From the NCBI GenBank assembly GCA_043228905.1, contig JBHGNT010000009.1, positions 17,670,001 through 17,734,000 of the forward strand: a stretch of DNA of 64,000 bases. The letters run 5' to 3'. Each line of letters begins with the position of its first letter. Position 1 is the stretch's first letter. The notes beneath the pieces were generated by a model that was not told the origin of the DNA, searched no databases, and was given only the letters and a program-made list of their open reading frames with translations. Position numbers and translations under genes: made by a program. Positions 36,534 through 50,149 of this stretch are shown here, piece after piece. Origin of the DNA: Azolla caroliniana. Lineage: Eukaryota > Plantae > Polypodiophyta.

Positions 36534-38230
36534 TAAAATCGGATCGGGATTATTTGATCGGAGCCGAAGTGGTGATCGAGACGGATTGTCTTCCGATACT
36601 CGGGATGATGCGGTGTTGTACGATACCGGATGTAGTTATGCTAAGGTGGGTTGCATATGTCAAGTCGCTTAATCCGGAGGTTCGACACATCTCGGGGAAG
36701 GACAACGCGGTAGCGGATATGTTATCAAGGGCTCGGTTCGGAGACGACATAACCGAATTGGATAATGAAGAAGTTTCCGAAGACTACTTTGCGTAAGAGC
36801 ACATATAACGAGTGAATGTAATCCGAGAATTCCGGGAAGAAGAATACGAGGGAGAAAGTTTGATGATCGGAAAGATGTTACAAGAGGCCGAGGACTCAAC
36901 AAACGATAAAGGAAGAAGAGCCGAGATCCGAAGGAAGAAGAGGCAAGTCCAAAAGTTCTTCTTGGAAAACGGATTAATATGGAGGGCGCCGAAAAGACCG
37001 GATGGTATACCACTTCGAGTAGTCGGGACAAAAGAGCAACGAAACCGGATAATGTTCGAGTTTCACGAATCCGATTAGGCTGGACACCGAGGAACATGGG
37101 CAACATTTGTGAAGATCAAGCAAAAATATTGGTGGAAGAAAATGTACAAAGATGTCACGGAGTTCACGGAAAGCTGCGAGAAATGTCAAGTCTACTCCGG
37201 GGTTCGACATCGAGATGAGCTACATCCGACATTCTCACCGACAATCAACTTCAAGTGGATGGTCGACATAGTGGCCATGCTGACCGGGATCGGACAAAAG
37301 AAATACTTGGTATTAGCTCGGGAAGATCTCACGAATCAAGTAGAAGGTCGAGCGCTTCAGAGGAAAACGTGTTCCGCGGTATGCCAATTTCTTTTGGAGG
37401 AAGTATTTTGCAGGTACGGGTGCGTAGGACAAGTGATTGCGGACCGGGGAGAACTCGACTCGGACAAAGCTAGGGGATTCTTCGCCAAACACAGAGTTCG
37501 GTTAATGCTGACAACGGCATACAATCCGAAGGCCAACGGGAAAATCGAACGAGGACATAGTCCGATCGTGAAAGCACTTGCGAAGGCATGCGATGGAAAG
37601 GTGAAGGACTGGCCGCAGATGCTTCCATATGCACTATGGGCGGATCGGACGATGCATAGCTTCGTAACCGGTTACATGCCGGCAGAACTCATGACCAGAC
37701 AAGCACCGGTAATGCCGACGGAAACTGCGATTGCAACATGGACAGTGCTACCGTGGAAGGAAGAGATGAGCCGGGAAGAACTACTAGCGGTCCGGATATG
37801 ACAACTAGAGGGAAGACCGGCAGACATAGCGGAAGCAATACGCAGACAACAAGAAGCACGGTTCCGGAACAAAAGCCGGTTCGACACAAAGCACCGACTA
37901 CGACCGAGGAGGATTGAAGAAGGAGATTGGGTGATCGTCTATGACAGTAGTTTGGACCATCAACATACAACGATGCGGAAATTCGTGAAAAGGTGGTTCG
38001 GGCCATACGAGGTTCGGAAAGTCTTCGACAACGGAACGTACCGACTATCCGAGTTGGATGGAACAATACTATGAGTGCCTATAGCCGGGAAGCGGGTGAA
38101 GATTTTCAAGAAGCGGACCGACGACAAACCCTATGTGTTCCAAGCCAAGACCGACAACGAGGAGCAATCAGACGAAGACCACGGTGATGCGGAAAGCGAA
38201 GAAAGTGAAATACAACTCATAGTTGACATT
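36430..38230 (+). pseudogene. pol: gypsy RNase H (partial) and integrase pseudogene
   Basis: PIRFGAKVLNERQRGYAQVKRELWG, ETDCLP, DNAVADMLSR, CEKC, YNPKANGKIERGH, WFGPY; stops present. Confidence 0.9.
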
Positions 38231-38325
38231 AGGGGAGAATCAGAGGAAGCTTTGGGTGAAGACGGATATGAGGAATCGAGAACTTCGGCACATACCGGAG
38301 GATGTGCGGGTTCGGAGGGGGCGAG

Positions 38326-39066
38326 TGTCATAGTGTATTCCACACACTACGTGAAAACCATAAAATAATATAACCGATTTAATTACATATAAATAAATAA
38401 AATAAGAATATCAAAATATTTATCACGTGCATAGGGCAGGATTCAAACCCTATACCTCCACATAACCAAACCTCAACTTTACCATTATGCTACCTTATCT
38501 TTAGTGTTTTATAAATAGATTTAATAACTATAAGTGCTTTATTTGCACCTACCTTTATTAAAAGGTAAATTATGCATTTTTAGAGTGCGTGAATATTTTA
38601 TAGAAAAACGCAAGCAACTAAAAAGTGACTCATGCACATCTAGCGTGCATGAGCACTATATTTAGCAAATAAAAGCAAGGATTAGAAAAGCATCACATGC
38701 ACATTTAGTGTGCATGAACATATTAGAAAAAAAAGCATGTAGCTATGCTAAGACTCCCTCATCACTACATAAGGATGGGGAGCACAATGTAATAGGTGTG
38801 TGAAATATTTGGAAATTGGATATATTTCCGAAAACACCAACCGATTAATATAATCGTGGGATTCACGAATTTTGCCATCTAAATTACTCTTATAATCTAA
38901 ATATTGTTTTAAATACACTAAACTCGTGGGATTCACGAGATTGCTATCTTACTTCTCTTTATACCTATTCTTTACTTGCCTTATTTGTATTTTTCTTCCT
39001 CCTAGTCCAAAACCTCGGCGGTTCCCACCCGACTCACGCAACGATCCGGAGCCGAAAGGCACGACA
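38326..39066 (+). repeat. gypsy 3' LTR
   Basis: Follows GGAGGGGGCGAG; TGTCATAG...CACGACA. Confidence 0.92.
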
Positions 39067-41175
39067 GCGCGATAGCGTACGTGCACATCCCCGACGAGAA
39101 GCGTTAAAAGCTTGATCCGAAGTCGGAGAAATGTATCCTCGTAGGATACTCACTGGAGCAAAAGGGGTACAAGTGCTACAACCCCTCAACTCGAAAATCT
39201 CGAGTAAGTCGAGATGTCGTTTTTGACGAGTCCGCATCCTGGTACGCACCAGAGACAACTCCGACTCCGGCTCTGCTCGACCAGGAATCCGCCGAACAAG
39301 AGATAGAGGCTAAGGATCGCCTTACGCACATGTTCAAAGAGAGTCCGATCACGACCTGACTGAGTGGACCACAAGAGCCTTTGAGCGATCAAAGCACATC
39401 ACGGCCTAGCCCGAAGATGACAAGGGCAAGGCGAAAATGGCAGAATACGCAGATGATAGTTTTGACGACGCTGAGTCGACTCACTCACTTGACAGTGAGT
39501 TCGGTGGCTTCGATGTACCAATCGGAGCTAAGACATCCCTCATCTCAGCAAATGAAAAGCTCCGTCGCTCCACCCGTGAAAACAACCCCGTAAGCCGATT
39601 TGGTTACAACGATTATATGGCGTACCATTACACCTTTATGATGAAAGTAGCGACAGTACGGGAGCCAGAAACCTTTTCGGAAGCCGCGAAGGACCCGCGA
39701 TGGATCGAAGCAATGAACGAGGAGATGCAAGCACTACGGAAGAACGAGACGTGGGATCTCGATACCACCTCACCACACAAAAAGGCAATCGGATGCAGAT
39801 GGATCTACAAGGTGAAGTATAACGCCGATGGCTCCGTAAACCGCTACAAAGCTCGACTCCTAGCGAAAGGATACGCTCAGACGCATGGCGTCGACTACGA
39901 AGAGACCTTTGCCCCGGTGGCAAAGATGACAACGGTGCAGACCGTAATTGCGCTTGCCGCGTCAAAAGGGTGGCACCTCCATCAAATGGACGTCAAGAAC
40001 ACCTTTCTGCAAGGTGAATTAGAAGAGGAGGTGTACATGATCCAACCACCCGGCTTCAACTCGAGCACCCATCCGAAAGTTATATGCCGACTAAGGAAGC
40101 CTCTCTACGGCCTCAAGCAAGCACCACGTGCTTTGCATTTGAAGATAACACAATATCTTCATCAAATCGGCTTCCGTATGTCAAAATCGGACAACTCCCT
40201 CTACATACGAAGCAATTCCGCAAGTCCGATCATCATCATTTTATATGTGGATGACCTAGTCATTGGTGATGAGCATCTCGTCAAAATGAATAAGGTCAAA
40301 TCCCTCCTTTCCGACAAGTTCGAGATGACGGACATGAAGCAGCTCCACTACTTCCTCGGCATAGAGGTAATTCGGACTCCGGCCAGAATCATGATCTCTC
40401 AACAGCACTACATCCTCAACTTGTAATACAAGTTCGGCATGGCTGACTGCAAATCCGCGGCAACCCCGCTCGATCGTAATCTCAAACTAGATGCGGACTC
40501 CGGCACCAAAGCGTGTGAGCCGACTTAGTATTGGCAACTTATCGGGAGTCTCATCTACCTCACGATCACTCGACCCGATCTCAGTTATCCGGTCGGTCTC
40601 CTTAGTCAATTCATGCAAACACCGCGTGATACTCACTTGCATTGTGCTAAGCGAGTTCTACGATACGTGAGAGGCACAATGGATTGTGGCATCCTCTACA
40701 AGTCCGCGATGCCAATACGAATCGAGGGGTACACAGACGCCGATTGGGCCGGCTACAAAGACGATAGAAGGTCAACCTCTGGATTTGTTTTCTCCCTCGG
40801 CAATGGAGCAATATCCTGGAGTAGCAAGAAGCAGCCTATCGTCGCGCTTTCGAGTACATAGGCGGAATACAGGGGCGTAACCGTAGCTGCGTGTGAAGCC
40901 GTATGGCTCAAGAGGATCTTGAAGGATCTAGGCGTACCCATCAAGGATCCGACTTCCCTTTACTGCGACAACATGACCAGTATCTATCTGGCTCGAAACC
41001 TAGTGTTCCACGCGCAGACAAAGCACATCGAAGTGCACTATCACTTCATCCGAGAGCGTGTTCTAGTTGTCGATGTCGACAAACGGCTGACATCTTCACT
41101 AAAGCCTTAGGAGCCGACAAGCTATGGCAATTCATGACCGATCTAGGGTTGACAACCCTAACCTGCCAAGCTTGA
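39067..41175 (+). pseudogene. pol: copia copy 3 integrase C-terminus, RT and RNase H
   Basis: Resumes at (G)AIAYVHIP; ORF 39437-40426 with LYVDD; RNase H fragments with stops. Confidence 0.92.
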
Positions 41176-41414
41176 GGGGGAGTACTGAAGACACTATGCA
41201 ATAACGCGTGGATTACGCAACAACGCAACGAACCCGCGAAGAAAGACACATAACGAAGCACAGACTTCGAAACTACGCACAACGCAAGTTGGAGCATGGA
41301 TTCCGCAACTCCGCATAAAGCGAGTCGACGCGAGTCGACGCGAACTCCGGAACGCGAGTCGAAGCGGATCTCTGATACCGTCTAAAACCGATCCAACTTG
41401 AGCTTGAGGGGGCG

Positions 41415-41710
41415 TGTTGAGAATCAAGCTCAACTTGGTCTAGTGTGTGAACTCACCTTGAGAGTGAATAAACACTCCAACAGTCAAGAGCCGCCATTAA
41501 GTCACCTCTTTTGTATTCTAGCATTTAGTATGAGTCATAGAATCATATTCTATGACACATAACTTATGAGCTTTCACATTCCCCATGCTCCATGAGCCTT
41601 GTAGTTAATGAAGAGAGAGGTTGACTACATAAAGCACCTTCCTCCCACCTTGTAGAGTGTTGACTCTTTCTCCTTTGTTAATATACTTTTACCTTGCGCA
41701 TTCTCTGTGT

Positions 41711-41762
<52 letters not shown>

Positions 41763-41812
41763 TAACTCACATCTCTTCCGCTTCACAAGAATCCATCTTT
41801 TGATTCTTTACA
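41415..41812 (+). repeat. copia copy 3, 3' LTR
   Basis: TGTTGAGA...CTTTACA after PPT GAGGGGGCG. Confidence 0.92.
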
Positions 41813-43617
41813 CCGACTCAAGAAGCCACTCTACGGCCTCAAGTAAACATCCTGTGCTTGGCATTCGAAGATAACGCAATATCTTCATCAAATCGGCTTC
41901 CGTATTTCAAAATCGGACAACTCGCTCTACATACGAAGCGATTCCGCAAGTCCGATCGTCATCATCTTATATGTGGATGACCTAGTCATTGGAGGTGAGC
42001 ATCTCGTCAAAATCAATAACGTCAAATCGCTCCTTTCCGACAAGTTCGAGATGACGGACATGAAGCAACTCTACTACTTCCTCGGCATCGAGGTAATTCG
42101 GACTCCGGCCGGAATCATGATTTCTCAATGGCACTACATCCTCAACTTGTTATACAAGTTCGGTATGGCTAAGTGCAAATCCGTGGCAAACCTGTTCGAT
42201 CGTAATCTCAAACTAGATGCGGACTCCAGCACCAAAGTGTGTGAGCCAACTCAGTATCGGCAACTCATCGGGAGTCTCATCTACCTCACGATCACTCGAC
42301 CCGATCTCAGTTATCTAGTCGGTCTCCTTAGTCAATTCATGCAAACACCGCGTGATACTCACTTGGATTGCGCTAAGCGAGTTCTACGATACGTGAGCGG
42401 CACAATGGATTGCGGCATCCTCTACAAGACCGTGATGCCCATACGACTCGAGGGGTACATAGACGCCGATTGGGCCGGCTACAAAGCCGATAGAAGATCA
42501 ACCTCCGGATTTGGTTTCTCCCTCAGCAGCGGAGCAATATCCTGGAGTAGCAAGAAGCAGCCTACCGTCGGTCTTTCGAGTACGGAGGCGGAATACCGGA
42601 GCGCAATTGTAGCTGTATGTAAAGTCGTATGGCTCAAAAGGATACTGAAGGATCTGAGCATACCCATCAAGGATCCGAGTTCCCTTTACTGCGACAACAT
42701 GAGCAGTATCTATCTGGTTCGGAACCCAGTGTTCCACGCGCGGACAAAGCACATCGAAGTGCACTATCACTTCATCCGAGACCACATTCTAGCTGGCGAT
42801 GTCGACCTACAACACATTAGCACGAATCTTCAAACGGCCGATATCTTCACTAAAGCCTTAGGAGCCAACAAGCTATGGCAATTCATGACCGATCTCGGAT
42901 TAACGATCCCTGACCTGCCAAGCTTTAGGGGGAGTACTAAAGACATTAAGCAATACTGCGTGGATTACGCAAAACCGTGCACACTACGCAAGAACGCGTG
43001 GATTACGCAACCACGCAGCAAAGCTGCGATGAGCCGATCTACCGCGCAAAGCCGTTAAAAAAGACGGAAGCTGAGGAACAGACTTCGCAACTACGCACAA
43101 CGCAAGTTGCAGCACGGATTCCGCAACTTCGCATAAATGCGAGTCGACGCGAACTCCGGAACGCGAGTCGAAGCAGATTTTGGATACCGTCTAAAACCGA
43201 CCCGACTTGAGCTTGAGGGGGCGTGTTGAGAATCAAGCTCAACTTGGTCTAGTGTCTGAACTCACCTTGAGAGTGAATAGACAATCCAACGGTCAAGAGT
43301 CACCATTATGTCACCTCTTTAAATTCTAGCATTTAGTATTAGTCATAGAATCATATTCTATGACACATAACATATGAGCTTTCACATTCCCCATGCTCCA
43401 TGAGTCTTGTAGTTAATGAAGAGAAGGGTGACTATATAAAGCACCCTCCTCCCACCTTGTATTGTGTTGAGTCTTTCTCCTTTGTTAATATACTCTTACC
43501 TTGCGTATAAACTATGTCTTACTCCTTGTCTCTCTCACTCTCTATCTCTATCTCTCATCCACACACATAACTCATATCTCTTCCGCTTCACAATAATCCA
43601 TCTCTTGATTCTTTACA
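41813..43617 (+). mobile_element. Ty1/copia copy 4 (RT C-terminal half, RNase H, 3' LTR); host of copy 3
   Basis: Starts mid-RT at RLKKPLYGLK*; ORF 41973-43058; LTR 43224-43617. Confidence 0.92.
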
Positions 43618-45491
43618 CCGGGACACAAACACGGGTCTGTACCCTCACAGGGTGTTATTCCACCATTAGACCACCAATGCACACATGTTCTCAATTACAT
43701 ATTTTACCCATAGACCCATTCATCAATCAAATATATTTGAACTATGCACAACCTATTTACATCGTCAGTTGGATCAAAGGTTGAGGGATGCCATTAATTT
43801 GCGGTTTGCATCAATTCATTTGCCGAGGACAAAACCCGAGTGTATAGAATAGGAGGGATCTATTACTCCACTAAAGCACCAATGAATATGGTGTTGGTTA
43901 AAATAGTTTCTCACCTACGGAAAATATTATTCTAATTTTTTGATGGCCAAACCATTTATCCTTGACCTTCTCTATCTTATGCCACCAAGCAATAACAACC
44001 ACTTATGTAATCCACTATATGTGGTCTCTCAATTGGTAAAAATGCCTGAAATTTTATATGAGGGAATGACATGTCGGCACAAAGTGATATGTACATGTTT
44101 TGATTCATGCATTGGCCGAGAATCCAACCCGAGTCTGTGCCGTGGCAGGGTACTATTTTGCCACTAGACCACCAATGCACAGATAATGTTCTCAAGCGCA
44201 TAGTTTACCAATAGACCCATTTATGAATTGAATCTTTTTGAACTATGCACATCTTATTTACATCGTGCATTCGGTAGCAGCTTGTGCGATGCAATTTTTT
44301 TTCGTGAGATATAGTTCACGTGTTTGGATCGGTTCATTGGCCGGCGACGAAACCCAGGTTTGTAGAATGGGAGGGATCTATTCTTCCACTAAAGAACCAT
44401 AGCATGTGGTATTAGTTAACTTGTTTCTCACGTAGAGAGAATATTATTCTAAATTTCTCACAGCCAAACCATTTTTCGTTGACTTTCTCTATCTTATTCT
44501 AACAAGAAATAACAAGCACTTATGTAATCCACTATATGCAGTCTCTCAATTGGCAAAGTTGTCTCAAATACTATATGAGGGAATGACATGTTGCCCAAAA
44601 GTGATATGCACATGTTTGGATTCATACATTGGCCAAGAAACAAACACGGGTCAGTACCATCGCAGGGTGCTATTCTACCACTAGACCACAAATGCACACA
44701 TGTTCTCAATTACATATTTTACCCATAGACCCATTCATTAATCTAATATTTTTGAATAATGAACAATCTATTTACATTGTCTGTTGGATCGAAGGTTGTG
44801 GGATGGAATTTATTTGAGTGAAATATATAGTGCACATGTTTGGATCACTTCATTTGCTGATGACAAAACCCGAGTCTATAGAATGGGAGGGATCTATTAC
44901 TCCACTAAAGCATCAATGAATGTGGTATTGGTTAAATTGTTTCTCACCTATGGAGAGTCTTACGCCAAACGATTTATCCTTGACCTTCTCTATCTTATTC
45001 CACCAAGCAATAACAACCACTTATGTAATCCACTATATGTGGTCTCTCAATTGGTAAAAATGCCTGAAATCCTATATGAAGGAATGACCTATCGGCACAA
45101 AGTGATATGTACATGTTTCGATTCATGCATTGGCCGGGAATCGAAGGTTGTGGAATGCAATTTATTTGCGTGAAAAATATAGTGGACATGTTTGGATCAG
45201 TTCATTTGCCGACAACCAAGTCGAGTCTATAGAATGGGAGGGATCTATTACTCCACTATAGTACCAATGAATGTGGACTTGGTTAAATAGTTTCTAACCT
45301 ACGGAGAATATTATTCTAACTTTTTGATGGCCAAACCATTTATCATTGACCTTCTCTATCTTATTCCACCAAGCAATAACAACCACTTATGTAATCCACT
45401 ATATGTGGTCTCTCAATTGGTAAAAATGTCTGAAATTTTATATGAAGGAATGACATGTCGGCACAAAGTGATATGTACATGTTTTGATTCA

Positions 45492-45562
45492 TGCATTGGC
45501 CGGGAATCGAACCCGGGTCTGTACCGTGGCAGGGTATTATTCTGCCACTAGACCACCAATGC
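45492..45562 (-). tRNA. tRNA-Gly-GCC: tRNA-Gly(GCC), near intact
   Basis: Canonical GGTTCGATTCC B box; one D-loop change and one anticodon-stem mismatch. Confidence 0.72.
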
Positions 45563-48515
45563 ACACATAATGTTCTCAAGTGCATAGTTTACCAATAGAC
45601 CCATTTCGGAATTTAATCTTTTTGAACTATGCACATCTTATTTACATCATGCATTCGGTAGCAGCTTGTGCGATGCAAATTTTTTTCGTGAGATATAGTT
45701 CACGTGTTTGGATCGGTTCATTGGCGGGCGACGAAACCCAGGTTTGTAGAATGGGAGGAATCTATTCTTCCACTAATGAGCCATTGCATGTGGTATTAGT
45801 TAACTCATTTCTCACGTACAGAGAACATTATTCTAAATTTCTGACGGCTAAAACATTTTTGGTTGACTCTCTCTATCTTATTCTAACAAGTAATAACAAG
45901 CATTTATCTAATCCAGTATATGTAGTCTTTCAATTGGCAAAGTTGTCTTAAATACTCTATGAGGAAATGACATGTTACGACAATGTGATATGCAAATGTT
46001 TGGTTTAATACATTGGCCAACAAACAAAAACGGGTATGTACCATGGCAGGCGACTATTCTCAATTGAATATTTTACCTATAGCCCCAATCATCAATCTAA
46101 TATTTTTGAACTATGGATAACCTATTTACATCGTGTGTCGGGTCGAAGGTTGTTGAATGCAATTTCTATTCGTGCAATATTGTTCACATGGTTGGATCGG
46201 TTCATTAGTTGGGGACGAATGGGAGGGATCTATTCTTCCACTAAAGCACCAATGTGTGCGGTGTTGGTTTACACATTTCTCACCTACGGAGAATTTTATT
46301 ATAACTTTTTGACGGCCAAACCGTTTATCCTTGATCTTCTCTATCTTATTCCACCAAGAAATACCAACCACTTATGTAATACACGATATGTGGTCTCTCA
46401 ATTGGTAAAGTTGTCTCAAATAGTATATGAGGGAATGACATGTTGCCACAAAGTGATATGCACATGTTTTGATTAATGCATTGGGCGGGAATCAAGCCCA
46501 GGTTTGTACACTAGCACGGTACTATTCTACCACTAGAACACAAACGCACACATCATTTTGTCAATGGCATTGTTTACCCATACACCCATTCAGGAATCTA
46601 AACTTTCTCAACTATGCACATCCTACGTTCGGCCGCAACTTTCTTTCGTGAGATATAGTTCACGTGTTTGGATTGGTTCATTGGCTGGCTATGGAGCCCA
46701 CGTCCGTAGAATGGGAGGGATCTATTCTTCCACTAAACCACCAATGCATGTGGTATTGGTTAAGTCGTTTCTCACGTACAATGAATATTATTCTATCTTT
46801 TTGACGGCCAAACCATATATCCTTCACTTTCTCTATCTGATTTCACCAAGAAATAACAACCACTTATGGAATCCATTATATGTGGCCTCTCAATTAGTAA
46901 AGTTGTATGAAATACGATATGAGAGAATGACTTGTTGCCACAAAGTAATATGCACATGTTTTAATTAATGCCTTGGCCGGGAATCATACCCGGGTCTATA
47001 TCAAGGTAGAGTACTATTCTACCACTACACCACCAATGCCCACATCATGTTCTCAATTGCATGGTTTACACATATACCCATTCATCAATATAATCTTTTT
47101 GAACTATGCACATCCTATTTACATCATGTGTTCGGTCACAGCTTGTGGGATGCAATTTATATTTGTGAGTTATAGTTCACGTGTTTGGATCGGATCAATG
47201 GTCGGGCACGAAACCCAAGTCTGTAGAATGGAACGGATATATTATTCCACTAATGCACCAATGCTTGTTGTATTAGTTAAGTCGTTTCTCACCTACAAAA
47301 AATATTATTCTAACTTTCTGACTGCCATACCAGTTTTCATTGACTTTCACTATTTATTTCTACCAAGAAATAACAAGCACTTATGTAATCCACTATATGT
47401 AGTCTCTCAATTGGTATAGTGCTTTTAAATACTATATGAGGAAATGACATGTTGCCACAATGTGATATGCACATGTTTGGATTAATACATTGGCCGGGAA
47501 ACAAACACGGGCTATACTATGGCAGGGTACTATTCTATCACTAGACCACCAATCCACGCATGTTCTCAATTGCATATTTTACCCATAGACCCATTCATCA
47601 ATCTAATATTTTTAAACTATGGATAATCTATTTACATCCTGTCTTGGGTCGCAGGTTGTGGGATGCAATTTCATTTCATGAGATATAGTTCACATGTTTG
47701 CATTGGTTCATTAGCCGAGATCGGAACCCACGTCTATAGAATGAAATCGATTTATTCTTCCACTAAAACACCAATGCATGTGGTGTTGGTTAACACGTTT
47801 CTCATCTATGGAGAATAGTATTCTAACTTTTTGACGGTCAAAATATTTACCCTTGACCTTCTCGATCTGATTCCACCACGAAATAACAACCACTTATTTA
47901 ATCCACTATATGTGGCCTCTCAATTGGTTATGTTGTCTCAAATACTATATGAGGGAATGACATGTTGCCACAAAGTGATATGTACATGTTTTAATTAATG
48001 CATTGGCCAGAAATCATACCCGGGTTTGTACCGTGGCAAGGTACTATTCTACCAGTAGACTACCAATGCACACATCATGTTCTCAATTGCATGGTTTACC
48101 CATAGACCCATTCATCAATCTAATCTTTTTGAACTATCCACAACCTATTTACATCGTCAGTTGGATCGAAGGTTGTGGGATGCAATTTATTTGCGTGAGT
48201 GATAGTGCACATGTTTGGATCGGTTCATTTGTCGAGGACAGAACCCAGGTCTATAGAATGGGAGGGATCTATTCCTCCACTAAAGCACCAATGAATGTGG
48301 TGTTGGTTACAATGTTTCTCACCTACGGAGAATATTATTCTAACTTTTTGATGGCCAAACCATTTATCCTTGACCTTCTCTATCCTATTCCACCAAGCAA
48401 TAACAACCACTTATGTAAGTCACTATATGTGGTCTCTCAATTGGTAAAAATGTCTCAAATCCTATATGAGGGAATGACATGTCGGCACAAAGTGATATGT
48501 AAATGTTTTGATTCA

Positions 48516-48586
48516 TGCATTGGCCGGGAATCGAACCCGGGTCTGTATCATGGCAGGGTACTATTCTACCACTAGACCACCAATGC
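48516..48586 (-). tRNA. tRNA-Gly-GCC: tRNA-Gly(GCC), anticodon-stem mismatch
   Basis: Canonical B box; anticodon stem GTACC/GATAC. Confidence 0.65.
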
Positions 48587-49323
48587 ACACATCATGTTCT
48601 CAATTGCATAGTTTACCCATAGACCCATTCATGAATTTAATATTTTTGAACTATGCACATCTTATTTACATCGTGCGTTCGGTCGCAGCTTGTGCGATGC
48701 AATTTTCTTTCGTGAAATATAGTTCACGTGTTTGGATCGGTTCATTGGCCGGTGACGAAACCCAAGTCTATAGAATGGGAGGGATCTATTCTTCCACTAA
48801 AGAACCATTGCATGTGGTATTAGTTAATTTGTTTCTCACATACAGAGAATATTATTCTAAATTTCTGACGACCAAACCATTTTTTTGTTTTTTCATAAAA
48901 AATATCCTCCATTGGTATTAACATAAAGTGGCCAAAGGCAATATATAGAAAAGTTCATTATTACAAAGAAAAATGCAACATAATTAAGTAGAAACTATTG
49001 AACTATTGAACCCCATCTAAAACAAATAGTTTCAACTACAGAAAACAACACCTCCTCCACCGTAGTGCTGCGGAATGTAAATATCGCATTTAGCGCTGCT
49101 TCCAAAAGTATCTTTTGAGGGCCACCATGGCAGATATGCCCAGAGAATACTGTTTCTACATGTATATATTGTTCATCACCATCAGAAAATAGAGGTAAAC
49201 AGCCCCGTAGACCAATATGACCAACTGCTTCCACTACAGTTCATGATAGAAATCCATTTGATGCCTTAACATGTAAATCAACAGTTCCATTTACAGCCAT
49301 GGCATGTTCCAATAGCACCAACG

Positions 49324-50090
49324 TGTTGGGATACAGGTCCCTCCGGATGGGAAGGGAGAAGAACAGTGCCGACGAACAATCTCGGCTGAGGCCGATAGGT
49401 CGAGGCCGAAACCGGATGAGTACCCGGCTACGGAGAGCCGAATGATACAGACCTGGTATGAACTGGATGAGGAGTACCTGGCTACGGAGAGCCGGATGGT
49501 GCAGACCCGGTATGAACCGGATGAGGAGTACCCGGCTACGGAGAGCCGGATGATACAGACCCGGTATGAACCAGATGAGGAGTACCCAGCTACGGAGAGC
49601 TGGATGGTGCAGACCCGGTATGAACCGGATGAAGAGACATATTCGTAAATATGTTTTTGAGAGTCCATCGAGGCTATATTTGTAAATAGCCGAAAAGTCA
49701 TATTAGTATAAATATGACTTAGGGCAAACTTTTAGTATGAGTTGTAGTTGTCATTTTCTTGTTGGTGCAAGAGAAGAGAGAGAGTGTAACTGTACAGAGA
49801 GAGAGAGAGAGAGAAAGAGGTTGTTGCCTCTGTTGTAACCGCCGCCTGTTGCGAAGATTTGTGAGCACGAGGTCGTTGCCTCAGTGAACTCACTATTGTA
49901 CATTCTTACATAGTGACAATTTGCAGCCTATGGGCTGCCGTGGTTTTTCCCCTAGTTTGGGGTTTTCCACGTAAACCTCCTGTGTATCTTCATCTTCTTT
50001 GTGTCGTGCATTTATTTCCCGTTTTCTGTGTATCATTCTAAGCTCGGTTGCGGCCGAGCGTTGCGCATAAGGAGCGTTGAGTTCCCGTCA
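49324..50090 (+). mobile_element. Solo LTR (767 bp)
   Basis: TGTTGGGA...TCCCGTCA; 5-bp TSD CAACG (49319-49323, 50091-50095); TATAAAT at ~49707. Confidence 0.88.
49411..49632. repeat. 54-bp tandem repeat, ~4 copies, in solo-LTR U3
   Basis: Unit ACCGGATGAGGAGTACCCGGCTACGGAGAGCCGGATG(A/G)T(A/G)CAGACCCGGTATGA. Confidence 0.9.
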
Positions 50091-50149
50091 CAACGTACGT
50101 TCATCTAGGGATGATCTGTTAGACTCTTTGTATACCATCTTGGCATCTT

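Larger units (their letters stand above)
34207..39066 (+). mobile_element. Ty3/gypsy element (4860 bp) lacking protease and RT
   Basis: 741-bp LTRs 34207-34947 and 38326-39066; TSD GCGC (34203-34206, 39067-39070); tRNA-Trp PBS; gag-like ORF, RNase H C-terminal part and integrase homologous to the element at 1-3713. Confidence 0.93.
31594..41812 (+). mobile_element. Ty1/copia retrotransposon copy 3; 5' LTR cut by the chromovirus; gypsy element nested in integrase
   Basis: Partial 5' LTR 31594-31855 (matches 41537-41812), degenerate iMet PBS CCGTATCAAAGC at 31856-31867, gag-PR-INT-RT-RH, 3' LTR 41415-41812. Confidence 0.94.
43618..48879 (-). repeat. tRNA-Gly-derived tandem array segment (more diverged ~510-bp units)
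   Basis: Same unit; tRNA-like heads at 44108, ~44625, 45126 (truncated), 45492, ~46477, ~46968, ~47486, ~47999 and 48516. Confidence 0.95.

Noticed and set aside
49411-49632. Repeat protein ORF 49442-49648, or a mini-CRISPR
   Set aside because: Plain 54-bp tandem repeat without unique spacers, inside a solo LTR.
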